DNA from: an uncultured Clostridia bacterium
GTDB lineage: Bacteria > Bacillota > Clostridia > TANB77 > CAG-508
Assembly: GCA_944386695.1 (NCBI GenBank)
Contig: CALXCB010000003.1
Coordinates: 1 to 53,790 of the forward strand
Length of the DNA: 53,790 bases
Reading direction: 5' to 3'
In this document: positions 19,353 to 28,757 of the stretch, piece by piece
How positions within the stretch are numbered: the first letter of the stretch is position 1
How the letters are laid out: every line of letters begins with the position of its first letter
Position numbers and translations under genes: made by a program
Notes under the pieces: model-generated
What the model saw: only the letters and a program-made list of their open reading frames with translations
The model's database searches: none
What the model was told of the DNA's origin: nothing

Positions 19353-19994
19353 ATGAAAAAATTTGATACGATTTCTCTAGAGCACGATGTAGCACGGGAA
19401 TACTGCCTGCTTTCATATGGGGTAACCCGAAGAGAGCGGTCAGAGTTTACACTTCCTCTGGATGACTCTATTGCACGTATAAGTGCAATGAGGTTTGATG
19501 AGGATTTGTGGGAACATATAATGGTAGATTGTATGTTCTTACAAAGATGTGCAACCTACAAAGAGATGTCTTTTGTAAAAGATCTCTTCTGGACAGAGCA
19601 TGAGTTGGCTCTGCAGGTTCACCCTGCACAGTCAGAATATATTAACCACAACCCCTATGCTCTTCATCTATGGAGAGACAGGCTTATCACTCCAAGAGTC
19701 GAAAAGCGACTCACAGAAAAGATACATGAAGTTTCAAAGATCGCTTTGAAATATTATAAAAATATCAAAGACGATTTTATTCTTTCTGGAGTTGCCGAAA
19801 AACTCGTCGTCATCTTTGGTGGGGATGCTTGGCCAACATGGGAGGAGGTTTGTGGAATCAAACAAAAATATTGGGCACCAGAAGAAGTCGCTGTCCAATT
19901 TAATATATCATATAATCATGATATAAATAATGAACATATGATATTATTGTGGGATGCGGCAAATCTCCATTTGCCGTCCAAAGAATTAGTCTAA
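19353..19994 (+). CDS. Hypothetical protein made of two copies of one domain; compositionally foreign
   Basis: RBS AAAGGAGG. The halves align: TYKEMSFVKDLFWTEHELALQVHPAQSEYINHNPYALHLW and TWEEVCGIKQKYWAPEEVAVQFNISYNHDINNEHMILLW. Hand count at 19381..19440 is 32/60 G+C, against 10/60 at 19201..19260. Confidence 0.7.
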   Translation: MKKFDTISLEHDVAREYCLLSYGVTRRERSEFTLPLDDSIARISAMRFDEDLWEHIMVDCMFLQRCATYKEMSFVKDLFWTEHELALQVHPAQSEYINHNPYALHLWRDRLITPRVEKRLTEKIHEVSKIALKYYKNIKDDFILSGVAEKLVVIFGGDAWPTWEEVCGIKQKYWAPEEVAVQFNISYNHDINNEHMILLWDAANLHLPSKELV

Positions 19995-19999
19995 ACTTT

Positions 20000-20033
20000 A
20001 ACCCCATCCGCGTTCTGCTGATGGGGTTTTTCT
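20000..20033 (+). terminator. Rho-independent terminator
   Basis: aaccccatc (20000..20008) pairs with gatggggtt (20020..20028), followed by a T-run. Confidence 0.8.
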
Positions 20034-20038
20034 TATTC

Positions 20039-23000
20039 TTATTTTACAACTTGAACAAAAATATTCAAATTCTCTCCATTAATAGGTGTTTCTACATAAT
20101 TTTTGTCAGGCTCATTATATAAAATCTTCAAAGCTAAAGTATCATGTTTTATTATATCTTCATATTTCTTAACAACTTTTTCTAACATTTCATTTCCAGA
20201 AACATAGAGATTTATATTATCCATTACTTCAAAACCACTATCTTTTCTCATATTTTGAACTTTTGATAAAATTTCTCTTAAGTAACCTTCCTCTTTTAGC
20301 TCAGGCGTTATTGTTGTTTCTATTACTACACCAATTTCTCCTGCCCCGCTAAATGCAAAGCCTTCTTTTCCATGCATTGTAATTAGAAGATTTTCTTTTG
20401 ATAGAGGAATTTGAGTATCATCAATTTCAATATATTCTATTTTTCCTGCTTCTACTTTACTCGCTAATTCCATTTGGTTAAATTCTGCTATTTTTTGCCT
20501 TATTTTAGGAATTAGTTTTCCATATTCTTTTCCAAGTACAGGAAGGTTTGGCTTTATTTCAAAACTTACATAGTCCTTCATGTCAGCACCCAAAACAACT
20601 TTTTTGACATTTAGCTCCTCTTTTACAATATCACTATAATATTCTGGAAGTGTTTTTACTGATATTAACATTTCAGAAAGTGGTTGTCTGTTTTTAATAT
20701 TAACAGAGTTTCTTGCACTTCTTCCAAGTTTCACTATTGTGTATGCTAAGCCCATTTCTTCTTCTAATTTTTTGTCGATTTCTTCTTCATGGACTTCTGG
20801 CCAATTGCATAAATGTATACTTTCTGTAGCTTTTGCGTCTAATCCTACAACTAGATTTTGATAAATTTCTTCTGTTATAAATGGCACAAATGGTGCTGCC
20901 ACTTTACATAATTCTACTAATACTCTATATAAAGTTACATAAGCTCCTATTTTGTCATCTGAAAGCTCTGTTCCCCAAAATCTTTCGCGATTTCTACGTA
21001 CATACCAATTTGATAAACTATCTGTAAATTCTCCTATTTGTAAAGCTGCTCCTGTTATGTCATATTTTTCTAGTTTTTCGTCTATCTCTTTGATTAAGGT
21101 ATTTAATTTAGAAATTATCCATTTATCCATTATGTTGTTTGATTTAAAATCTGCATATTTTAATGGATTAAATTGATCTATTTCTGCGTATAAAACATAG
21201 AATGAATATACATTCCAAAGTGTTGCTAAAAATCCTCTTTGAGTTTCTTGCACATTTTCTAGAGAAAGTCTAGTTGGAAGCCATGGAGCAGAACATGTAT
21301 AAAAATGCCATCTAGTTGCATCTGCACCAACTGAATCTAGTAATAACAATGGGTCTACTCCATTTTTCTTAGATTTAGACATTTTTTGACCTTTTCCATC
21401 TAATACATGACCTAGCACTATACAATTTTCAAAAGGAGTTCTGCCAAATAATGCTGTTCCAATAGCTGTTAGTGTATAGAACCATCCTCTTGTTTGGTCA
21501 ACTGCTTCTGAAATGAATCCTGCTGGGAATTCTTTTTCAAATAAATCTTTATTTTCAAATGGATAATGTAGTTGTGCAAAAGGCATAGAACCAGAATCAA
21601 ACCAGCAATCAATTACTTCTTTATATCTTGTCATTTCCTTACCACATTCAGGACATTTTAGATGAACATTATCTATATATGGTTTATGAAGTTCAATATC
21701 TTCTGGACAGTTTACTGCTTTTTCTTTTAATTCTTGGATAGAACCAATACATTCTTGGTGTCCACATTCGCATTTCCAAACTGGAAGTGGAGTTCCCCAA
21801 TATCTGTCTCTTGAAATTCCCCAATCTATAACATTTTCCAAGAATTTTCCAAATCTTCCTGTACGAATGGTATCTGGGTACCAATGTACTTTATTATTGT
21901 TTTCAACTAATTCATCTCTTAAGCTTGACATTTTTACAAACCAACTTTCTTTTGGGTAATAAAGAAGTGGTGTGTCACATCTCCAGCAATGTGGGTATGA
22001 GTGCATATGTTTTTCTTTAGAGAATAATTTATTTTCCTTTGCTAGCCATTTGCAAATATCTTCATTACAATCTCTTACAAATCTTCCTGCCCAAGGCTCT
22101 ACTTCTGGTACAAATTTTCCGGCTTTATCAACTAAATTGATAAATGTAATTCCATTTTGTTTAGCAACTAAACTATCATCTTCACCATAAGCAGGGGCAA
22201 TATGAACAATTCCTGTACCATCTGTTAAAGTTACAAAATCTCCGTGGATTACTTCGAATGCTTTTCCTTCTACTGTTCCAAAAGGCATCAATCTTTCATA
22301 TTTTGTACCTAAAAGTTCTTCTCCTTTAAAAGTTTTTAAAATTTCATATGGAGTTTCTCTTAAAACTAATTCTAATAAATCTTTTGCTAAAATATAATTT
22401 TCATATTGTGGTTCTTCTTCTGTTCCAATATTAGCTTTTATTAAAACATACTCATATGATTTATTAACACAAAGTGCTAGGTTTGATGGAAGTGTCCAAG
22501 GTGTTGTTGTCCAAGCAAGAATATATGTATCTTTTTCCCATCCTTGATTTTCTTCTACTTTAAATTTTGCAATACAAGTTAAATCTTTTACATCTTTATA
22601 TCCTTGTGCAACTTCATGAGATGAAAGTGCTGTACCACATCTTGGGCAATATGGCATTACTTTATGACCTTCATATAATAAACCTTTTTTCCATAACTCC
22701 TTTAAAGCCCACCAAACAGACTCTATATAATCATTATGATAAGTAACATAAGGATGGTCCATATCTACCCAAAAACCTACTTGCTCTGTCATCTTCTCCC
22801 AGCTACTTACATATTTAAAAACACTATCTTTACATTCTTTAACAAACTTTTCTACTCCATAATCCTCAATCTGCTCTTTACCTGATATTCCTAACTTTTT
22901 TTCTATTTCAAGCTCAACTGGAAGACCATGTGTATCCCAACCAGCCTTACGAGGTACATAGTATCCTTTCATAACCTTATATCTTGGTATAATATCTTTC

Positions 23001-23197
23001 ATAACTCTAGTTTCAATATGACCAACATGAGGCATTCCATTAGCTGTAGGTGGTCCATCATAAAATGTGAAATATCTTTTTCCTTTGTTTTTATCTAAAT
23101 TCTTTTTTATTATATCTTTTTCTTTCCAATATTTAGCTACATTTTTCTCCATACCTACATATCCATCAGGTAATTCCACTTTTTTATACATAATCAA
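20039..23197 (-). CDS. ileS: Isoleucyl-tRNA synthetase (long, type 2 form)
   Basis: HIGH-type motif [17 protein letters not shown] ([11 protein letters not shown]), CP1 editing region; 1052 aa. Confidence 0.95.
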   Translation of the reverse strand: MIMYKKVELPDGYVGMEKNVAKYWKEKDIIKKNLDKNKGKRYFTFYDGPPTANGMPHVGHIETRVMKDIIPRYKVMKGYYVPRKAGWDTHGLPVELEIEKKLGISGKEQIEDYGVEKFVKECKDSVFKYVSSWEKMTEQVGFWVDMDHPYVTYHNDYIESVWWALKELWKKGLLYEGHKVMPYCPRCGTALSSHEVAQGYKDVKDLTCIAKFKVEENQGWEKDTYILAWTTTPWTLPSNLALCVNKSYEYVLIKANIGTEEEPQYENYILAKDLLELVLRETPYEILKTFKGEELLGTKYERLMPFGTVEGKAFEVIHGDFVTLTDGTGIVHIAPAYGEDDSLVAKQNGITFINLVDKAGKFVPEVEPWAGRFVRDCNEDICKWLAKENKLFSKEKHMHSYPHCWRCDTPLLYYPKESWFVKMSSLRDELVENNNKVHWYPDTIRTGRFGKFLENVIDWGISRDRYWGTPLPVWKCECGHQECIGSIQELKEKAVNCPEDIELHKPYIDNVHLKCPECGKEMTRYKEVIDCWFDSGSMPFAQLHYPFENKDLFEKEFPAGFISEAVDQTRGWFYTLTAIGTALFGRTPFENCIVLGHVLDGKGQKMSKSKKNGVDPLLLLDSVGADATRWHFYTCSAPWLPTRLSLENVQETQRGFLATLWNVYSFYVLYAEIDQFNPLKYADFKSNNIMDKWIISKLNTLIKEIDEKLEKYDITGAALQIGEFTDSLSNWYVRRNRERFWGTELSDDKIGAYVTLYRVLVELCKVAAPFVPFITEEIYQNLVVGLDAKATESIHLCNWPEVHEEEIDKKLEEEMGLAYTIVKLGRSARNSVNIKNRQPLSEMLISVKTLPEYYSDIVKEELNVKKVVLGADMKDYVSFEIKPNLPVLGKEYGKLIPKIRQKIAEFNQMELASKVEAGKIEYIEIDDTQIPLSKENLLITMHGKEGFAFSGAGEIGVVIETTITPELKEEGYLREILSKVQNMRKDSGFEVMDNINLYVSGNEMLEKVVKKYEDIIKHDTLALKILYNEPDKNYVETPINGENLNIFVQVVK

Positions 23198-23220
23198 TCT
23201 CTCCTTTACATAATATTTTT

Positions 23221-23300
23221 CATTGGGGTCGTTTCCTTTTGAGAAATTTTTTTCATTGGGGACAGTTCCTTTTGCGAAAGGGTCGTTTCCTTTTGAAAAA
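23221..23300. repeat. Three direct copies of the GC-rich intergenic repeat unit
   Basis: cattggggtcgtttccttttgagaaa / cattggggacagttccttttgcgaaa / gggtcgtttccttttgaaaaaaa. Confidence 0.9.
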
Positions 23301-23304
23301 AATT

Positions 23305-23562
23305 TTATGATTTATAATTCCCTCCTTGCTTTTTTATCTCTTGTAATTCAAATCTATATTTTTGTTTTTCATTTGGATATTTCTTATGATCTACTTCTGA
23401 TAAAAACATCTCATAAGGCCTAATATACAGCTCTTCATCTCCATATAGACCTCTATAGACTACATATTTTTCCTTTGTTTCACTATGAGTTGCCACATCT
23501 TCTACTATGTAATAATCTCCTTTAAAATGTCTGTAAATTCCTTTAATTTTTAACTCATTCAT
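23305..23562 (-). CDS. DUF1653-like small protein
   Basis: [48 protein letters not shown] matches the remembered DUF1653 pattern. Confidence 0.7.
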   Translation of the reverse strand: MNELKIKGIYRHFKGDYYIVEDVATHSETKEKYVVYRGLYGDEELYIRPYEMFLSEVDHKKYPNEKQKYRFELQEIKKQGGNYKS

Positions 23563-23569
23563 TTTCTTT

Positions 23570-24322
23570 TCACTCCTCTTTATTTTTCATTAGGGTCGTT
23601 TCCTTTTGCGAAATTTTTTTCATTGGGGTCGTTTCTTTTCGCAAAAGGAACCGTCCCTTTTGAAAAAAATAAATATCTTCATATGTGGTAATTTTTAAAT
23701 TTGTATAATCACCTTTTATAATTTTTACATCGTACCCTGCTTTTTCAAGTAACATACAATCATCTGTTACATCTTCATTTTGATATTTTTCATGTAATTC
23801 TGTTAAGATCTTCCTATCAAAACATTGCGGTGTCTGTATAATCCATGTGTTACTTCTTTTAGTTGTATTTATTACTATATTATTGTTATCTGTTATTTTT
23901 ATTGTATCTTTTGACGGAACTCCTATAGTTACTCCTTTATAGTTATTCATATTTTCGATACATTCATTTATATATTCCTGTTTGATAGCAGGTCTTGCTC
24001 CATCATGTATAATTACTATATCTGAATCTGTTTTCTTTATACAGTTATACACTGACTCTTTTCTTGTATTGCCTCCTACTACTAATTGTATATTTTTACA
24101 AATATTACTAACATCTATTATGTTCTGTACCTGCTCTTTATCCTCTTCTCGCATTGCCACTATTATATTATCAATATATTTATTTTTATTAAATTCATTT
24201 AGACTATAGGATAATACTGGTTTTCCATTTAAATGCTCGAAATTTTTATTCTTTCCTGTTCCAAATCTTGTACTATTGCCTGCTGTTACAATTATTGCTG
24301 TAACTTTTTTCTCGCCTATCAT
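23570..24322 (-). CDS. ispD: 2-C-methyl-D-erythritol 4-phosphate cytidylyltransferase (IspD); last ~30 codons encoded by intergenic-repeat sequence
   Basis: [13 protein letters not shown] (P-loop-like) and VIIHDGARP. The tail [30 protein letters not shown] overlaps the repeat at 23588..23669. Confidence 0.88.
   Translation of the reverse strand: MIGEKKVTAIIVTAGNSTRFGTGKNKNFEHLNGKPVLSYSLNEFNKNKYIDNIIVAMREEDKEQVQNIIDVSNICKNIQLVVGGNTRKESVYNCIKKTDSDIVIIHDGARPAIKQEYINECIENMNNYKGVTIGVPSKDTIKITDNNNIVINTTKRSNTWIIQTPQCFDRKILTELHEKYQNEDVTDDCMLLEKAGYDVKIIKGDYTNLKITTYEDIYFFQKGRFLLRKETTPMKKISQKETTLMKNKEE
23588..23669. repeat. Intergenic-repeat cluster (two direct units plus one inverted half) overlapping the ispD 3' end
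   Basis: cattagggtcgtttccttttgcgaaa ... cattggggtcgtttcttttcgcaaaaggaaccgtcccttttg. Confidence 0.9.
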
Positions 24323-25197
24323 TAAAATATCCTCCTTAATGAATTAAATGATGTACATATATATGTTTGATATGTATTTTTCAATTTTTTATATGCTGAT
24401 TTTGCTTTCTCTTTATTTTCAAATATTCCAAAAACACAGGATCCAGAACCCGCCATTAAACTTCCAATCGCTCCATTTTCTATTAGTTCCTTTTTCAAAT
24501 TTTGTATGAGCTTTTTTTCATCTACAACAGATTCAAATACATTGTATAAATTTTCAGCTATTAATTCTATTTTGTTTTCTTCTAATGCTTTTATAATTTC
24601 ATTTGTATTTTTTTCTTGTATGAGATTTTTTTGCTCATCTATTTTTTTATACATTTCTTTTGTATTGCAAGATATTTTCGGTTTTATAATAACTAAATAA
24701 TATTTAAAATTTGTATTAATTGGTGTTATTATTTCTCCAATTCCTTCTGCTTTTACTGCTTGATTGTATAGGCAAGGGACAACATCTGCTCCAAGTGATT
24801 TTCCAATATTTTCAATTTCTTTTTTTGATAATTTCAAATCAAATAGTTTATTCATTCCTAAAATGAAGCTCGCACAATCAGTACTTCCTCCAGCCAGACC
24901 TGCTTGCATAGGAATTCTTTTATTTACTTTTACTTGAACTCCAGATATATTTTTATATATTTCCCTCATTTTTATATATGCTTTACAAATAATGTTTTCC
25001 TCATTATTCAATTCTTCTATATTTGTTTGAAGATCCAATTTATTTGTTTTTGTCTTTTTTATATATAATTCATCATATAGATTGATTTTTTGGAAAACCG
25101 ATTCTATATTATGATATCCATTATCTCTTACTCCAGTTATTTCCAAATTCAGATTAACTTTTGCTCTAGCTTTTATATATATTTCTTCCATTAACAT
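24322..25197 (-). CDS. ispE: 4-diphosphocytidyl-2-C-methyl-D-erythritol kinase (IspE)
   Basis: KVNLNLEITGVRDNGYHNIESVFQKINLYDEL and GHMP motif PMQAGLAGGSTDCA. Confidence 0.88.
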   Translation of the reverse strand: MLMEEIYIKARAKVNLNLEITGVRDNGYHNIESVFQKINLYDELYIKKTKTNKLDLQTNIEELNNEENIICKAYIKMREIYKNISGVQVKVNKRIPMQAGLAGGSTDCASFILGMNKLFDLKLSKKEIENIGKSLGADVVPCLYNQAVKAEGIGEIITPINTNFKYYLVIIKPKISCNTKEMYKKIDEQKNLIQEKNTNEIIKALEENKIELIAENLYNVFESVVDEKKLIQNLKKELIENGAIGSLMAGSGSCVFGIFENKEKAKSAYKKLKNTYQTYICTSFNSLRRIF

Positions 25198-25213
25198 CTC
25201 CTTTTAAATAAAT

Positions 25214-25678
25214 TTATTCTGTTGTCATACAAACAAATACACTAATTCCATTGCCTTTTCCAAATTCTGTCAATCCTTCTCCAGAAGTTGCTGTGATTCC
25301 AACACTACTTTCATTTATATTTAAAATTCTAGCAATATTTTTTCTCATTTCTTCTATTTTAGGACTTATTTTTGGTACTTTGCATTCTATTGATATTGAT
25401 ATATGTACAATCTTTTCTTTTAAGTATTTTAAAGCTTCTTTTAAATATTCCTCACTATCAACTATTCCATTTTTACACATATCGTCTGAGATTTTTCCTA
25501 AAATATTTTTACAAGTAATTCCTGAAACTGCATTTGTAATTGCATGAAGTACTACATCTCCATCACTATTTGCTACTACAGAGAAATTTTCTTCAAATTT
25601 AATTCCTCCTAGCATTAAATCCTTATCTGGATTACCATAATTAATTCTATGACTATCTTGTCCTATCGAAACTTTCAT
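25214..25678 (-). CDS. ispF: 2-C-methyl-D-erythritol 2,4-cyclodiphosphate synthase (IspF), divergent
   Basis: IGQDSHRI (Asp/His metal ligands) and ANSDGDVVLHAITNAVSG, which matches the E. coli AHSDGDVALHALTDALLG region. Confidence 0.8.
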   Translation of the reverse strand: MKVSIGQDSHRINYGNPDKDLMLGGIKFEENFSVVANSDGDVVLHAITNAVSGITCKNILGKISDDMCKNGIVDSEEYLKEALKYLKEKIVHISISIECKVPKISPKIEEMRKNIARILNINESSVGITATSGEGLTEFGKGNGISVFVCMTTE

Positions 25679-25697
25679 TCTTCACCTCTTTCATTTT

Positions 25698-25740
25698 TCA
25701 TTAGGACCGTATCATTTTGCGAAAAGAAACGGTCCCAATG
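25698..25740. repeat. Inverted pair of the intergenic repeat unit
   Basis: cattaggaccgtatcattttgc / gaaaagaaacggtcccaatg. Confidence 0.85.
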
Positions 25741-25741
25741 A

Positions 25742-26015
25742 GAAAAAAACAATCCATCTCTCCTATTTTAGGACGAAATGGATTGTTCCGCGGTACCACC
25801 TAAGTTAGTAACCACATTTATTTTTTAAAATTAGTTACTCTCTTCATTTTCTTTTAACGCAAGATTTACGGCAAAGCTTACTTTTTTTCTGCTTTGCAAC
25901 TATTAAGGTGATAAAAAATAGTTTTTTCTTACTTTGCTCTCAGCTTTTGCAAAGCTCTCTGTTAGATATTATGCTATTTTTGTTGTCCTTAATTTTGTTT
26001 TTGCTTATTTTGATT
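25742..26015 (-). promoter_or_regulatory. T-box riboswitch leader (probable Ile, AUC specifier) with intrinsic terminator
   Basis: The minus strand shows AGAGAG bulge plus CTTTGC-aaaaGCTGAGA-GCAAAG (Stem I distal), GCGTTA (F-box-like), T-box AGGTGGTACCGCGG, and terminator CAATCCAT...ATGGATTG plus T7. Candidate specifier AUC-A is at 25912..25910. Confidence 0.8.
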
Positions 26016-26021
26016 TTTTAT

Positions 26022-26050
26022 ATATTATCATAAAAATTTGATTTATGCAA
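26022..26050 (-). promoter_or_regulatory. Promoter of the T-box leader (TTGCAT-17-TAATAT)
   Basis: The minus strand reads TTGCAT (26050..26045), a 17-nt spacer, then TAATAT (26027..26022). Confidence 0.55.
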
Positions 26051-26084
26051 TAGTTTTTTCAAATTCCGATTATTTTATGTAAAT

Positions 26085-28727
26085 TCATGCCATTTTTTCT
26101 TTTATTTTAACTAGTGTATTTAAAGCATCAATAGGAGTCAATTCGTCTAAATTTACCATGTCTAACTCATGTGCAATTTCTGCAAGTTTAAAATTAAACA
26201 TATCAAACTGACCTTCAACTTTTTTCTTGTCCTCTTTTTCTGGTTTTTTATCTTTTAAAATACTTTTTCTTTCTAGTGATTTTAAAATTTCATTTGCCCT
26301 TTTGGTTACTTCTTTTGGAACTCCGGCAAGTTTAGCAACATGGACTCCATAGCTTTCATCTGTTCCGCCTTTTACAATTTTTCTTAAGAAAATAATATCT
26401 TCTCCTTTTTCTTTTACGGCTACTGAATAATTTTTTATTCCGTTTTGCTCATCTTCTAATGTTGTCATTTCATGATAATGTGTTGCAAATAATGTTTTTG
26501 CTCCACATTTAGTTTTATCTGCTATATATTCTGCAACTGCCCATGCAATTGATAATCCATCATATGTTGATGTTCCTCTTCCTATTTCGTCTAATATTAT
26601 TAAACTATTTTTTGTTGCTTCTTTCAATATACTTGCAACTTCCATCATTTCTACCATAAAAGTGCTTTGTCCCATACTTAAATCATCTGATGCCCCAACT
26701 CTTGTAAAAATTTTATCTACTACTCCTATCGTTGCAGATGTTGCAGGAACAAAACTTCCAACTTGTGCCATTAATGTGATTAGTGCAACTTGTCTCATAT
26801 ATGTGGATTTTCCTGCCATATTTGGACCTGTAATTATTGCTAAACGATTAGTATCTGTATCTAAGTAAGTGTCATTTGGTATAAATTCACCACTTGATAA
26901 CATTTTTTCTATTACAGGATGTCTTCCTTCTTTTATGTCAATTGTTCCTTCTTTATTAATATTAGGTTTACAATAATTCATATCTTCTGCTACTTGTGCA
27001 AGTGAGCTTAGTACATCAAGTGTTGATATTTGTTCAGCTGTTTTTTGAAGCCTTTTTATATTTTTAGCTATCTCTTCTCTAATTTGTCGAAATGCTTCTA
27101 ACTCTAATTTTATTACCTTTTCTTCTGCTCCGAGTATTTGATTTTCAATACTTTTTAGTTCTTCTGTGATATATCTTTCTCCATTTGTTAAAGTCTGTTT
27201 TCTTATATAAGTGTCTGGCACCATATTTTTATAAGTATTTGTAACTTCTATATAATAGCCAAAAACCTTATTAAATCCCACTTTCAAAGATTTAATTCCT
27301 GTTTTTTCTTTTTCATCAGCTTCTAATTTCATAAGCCAAGACTTTCCATCTCTTGTCGCAAGTTTTAATTTGTCTATCTCTTCATCATATCCAATTTTTA
27401 TATAGCCGCCATCTTTTGTATTCATTGGCGGATCATCTACAATTGATTTATCTATTAAATCATATATATCTTGTAATTCATCTATGTTTTCATAGATTTC
27501 TTTTAAGTAATTTGATGTTGCATTTTCTAAAACTTTTTTTATTTCTGGTAATTTAAATAATGAATTCTTAAGTGTTATCATATCTCTTGGTGTACCATTT
27601 CCATATGCCATTTTCCCTGCTAATCTTTCTATATCATATACTTTTTTTAAATTTTCTATGATATCTCCTCTTAAAATAATATTGTTTTTTAGCTCTTCGA
27701 CTCCATCTAATCTTTTATTAATCTCCTCCACATCTATAAGAGGATCATTTAGCCATCGTCTCAAGGCTCTTGCACCCATTGATGTCGAAGTTTTATCTAA
27801 TACCCACAACAGTGTTCCTTTTTTAGACCTATCTCTTAATTTTTCTGTAATTTCTAAATTTCTTCTTGCATTTATGTCAAGTGACATATATTTTGAAACA
27901 GAATAAATTACTACTTTATTTATATGACTCAAATCTGTCATTTGAGTATTTTTTATATATTCTTTTAAAGCATTTATACTTGAAATTGCTAAAATTATAT
28001 TATCTAAATTCTCTATTTCATTTCCTTTATTATCTACTAGAAGAAAATCTTCTTTTACATTATAAATGTCTTCACTAAAGTATTTTTCTTCACAAGTTGT
28101 AATATATGTATCTGGAAATCTAGTTTTTATTTTAGCTATTTCTTCAGTTGAATTATTCATCATTTGATTTACTACAATTTCGGCTGGAGTATATCTTGAT
28201 ATTTCATCTAAAAGTAATGAAAAATTATTGTTTTCTTTTATTTGAGCAGCATAAAATTCACCTGTTGAAATATCACTTACTGCTATTCCAAAATATAGAC
28301 CAGCTTTATAAATAGACATTATATAATTATTTTTTCTTTCTTCAAGCATATTAGATTCTACAACTGTTCCAGGAGTTACTACTTTTATTACTCCTCTTTT
28401 TACAATACCTTTTGTTGTTTTTGGATCTTCTAACTGCTCACAAATTGCAACTTTATATCCCTTTGATACAAGTTTAGCTATATAACTGTCTGCTGCATGA
28501 TATGGTACTCCAGCCATTGGTGCACGTTCTTTTAACCCACAGTCTTTTCCTGTTAATGTTATTTCTAGTTCTCTTGATACTAGTGTAGCATCATCAAAAA
28601 ACATTTCGTAAAAATCGCCTAGTCTGTAAAATAAAATACAATCTTTATATTGTTCTTTAGTTTCTAAATACCTTTTCATCATTGGTGAACATTTTTCTTT
28701 ATCTACTACCATATTTTTACGCCACAC
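26085..28727 (-). CDS. mutS: DNA mismatch repair protein MutS
   Basis: TPMMKQY-type N-terminus (SPMMKRYLETKEQY), Walker A GPNMAGKSTYMRQ, DEIGRGTSTYDG and TLFATHYHE. The true start may be the internal Met (MVVDKEK). Confidence 0.96.
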   Translation of the reverse strand: MWRKNMVVDKEKCSPMMKRYLETKEQYKDCILFYRLGDFYEMFFDDATLVSRELEITLTGKDCGLKERAPMAGVPYHAADSYIAKLVSKGYKVAICEQLEDPKTTKGIVKRGVIKVVTPGTVVESNMLEERKNNYIMSIYKAGLYFGIAVSDISTGEFYAAQIKENNNFSLLLDEISRYTPAEIVVNQMMNNSTEEIAKIKTRFPDTYITTCEEKYFSEDIYNVKEDFLLVDNKGNEIENLDNIILAISSINALKEYIKNTQMTDLSHINKVVIYSVSKYMSLDINARRNLEITEKLRDRSKKGTLLWVLDKTSTSMGARALRRWLNDPLIDVEEINKRLDGVEELKNNIILRGDIIENLKKVYDIERLAGKMAYGNGTPRDMITLKNSLFKLPEIKKVLENATSNYLKEIYENIDELQDIYDLIDKSIVDDPPMNTKDGGYIKIGYDEEIDKLKLATRDGKSWLMKLEADEKEKTGIKSLKVGFNKVFGYYIEVTNTYKNMVPDTYIRKQTLTNGERYITEELKSIENQILGAEEKVIKLELEAFRQIREEIAKNIKRLQKTAEQISTLDVLSSLAQVAEDMNYCKPNINKEGTIDIKEGRHPVIEKMLSSGEFIPNDTYLDTDTNRLAIITGPNMAGKSTYMRQVALITLMAQVGSFVPATSATIGVVDKIFTRVGASDDLSMGQSTFMVEMMEVASILKEATKNSLIILDEIGRGTSTYDGLSIAWAVAEYIADKTKCGAKTLFATHYHEMTTLEDEQNGIKNYSVAVKEKGEDIIFLRKIVKGGTDESYGVHVAKLAGVPKEVTKRANEILKSLERKSILKDKKPEKEDKKKVEGQFDMFNFKLAEIAHELDMVNLDELTPIDALNTLVKIKEKMA

Positions 28728-28757
28728 TTTCTTATTTCTTTATTTCATAGTTTTATT

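Noticed and set aside
23223-23423. 66-aa plus-strand ORF (GSFPFEK... repeats)
   Set aside because: Its N-terminus is simply the translation of three intergenic repeat units. The rest is antisense to the DUF1653 gene.
23221-23669. CRISPR array interpretation of the clustered repeats
   Set aside because: The units are irregularly spaced (32 and ~23 bp offsets). There are no unique spacers of constant length, some units are inverted, and no cas genes are present.
25214-25678. Possible loss of a catalytic metal ligand in IspF (ANSD instead of AHSD)
   Set aside because: Alignment to E. coli IspF, recalled from memory, shows that the Zn ligands Asp8, His10 and His42 are retained (IGQDSH..., VVLHAI). 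The His-to-Asn change is at a non-ligand position.
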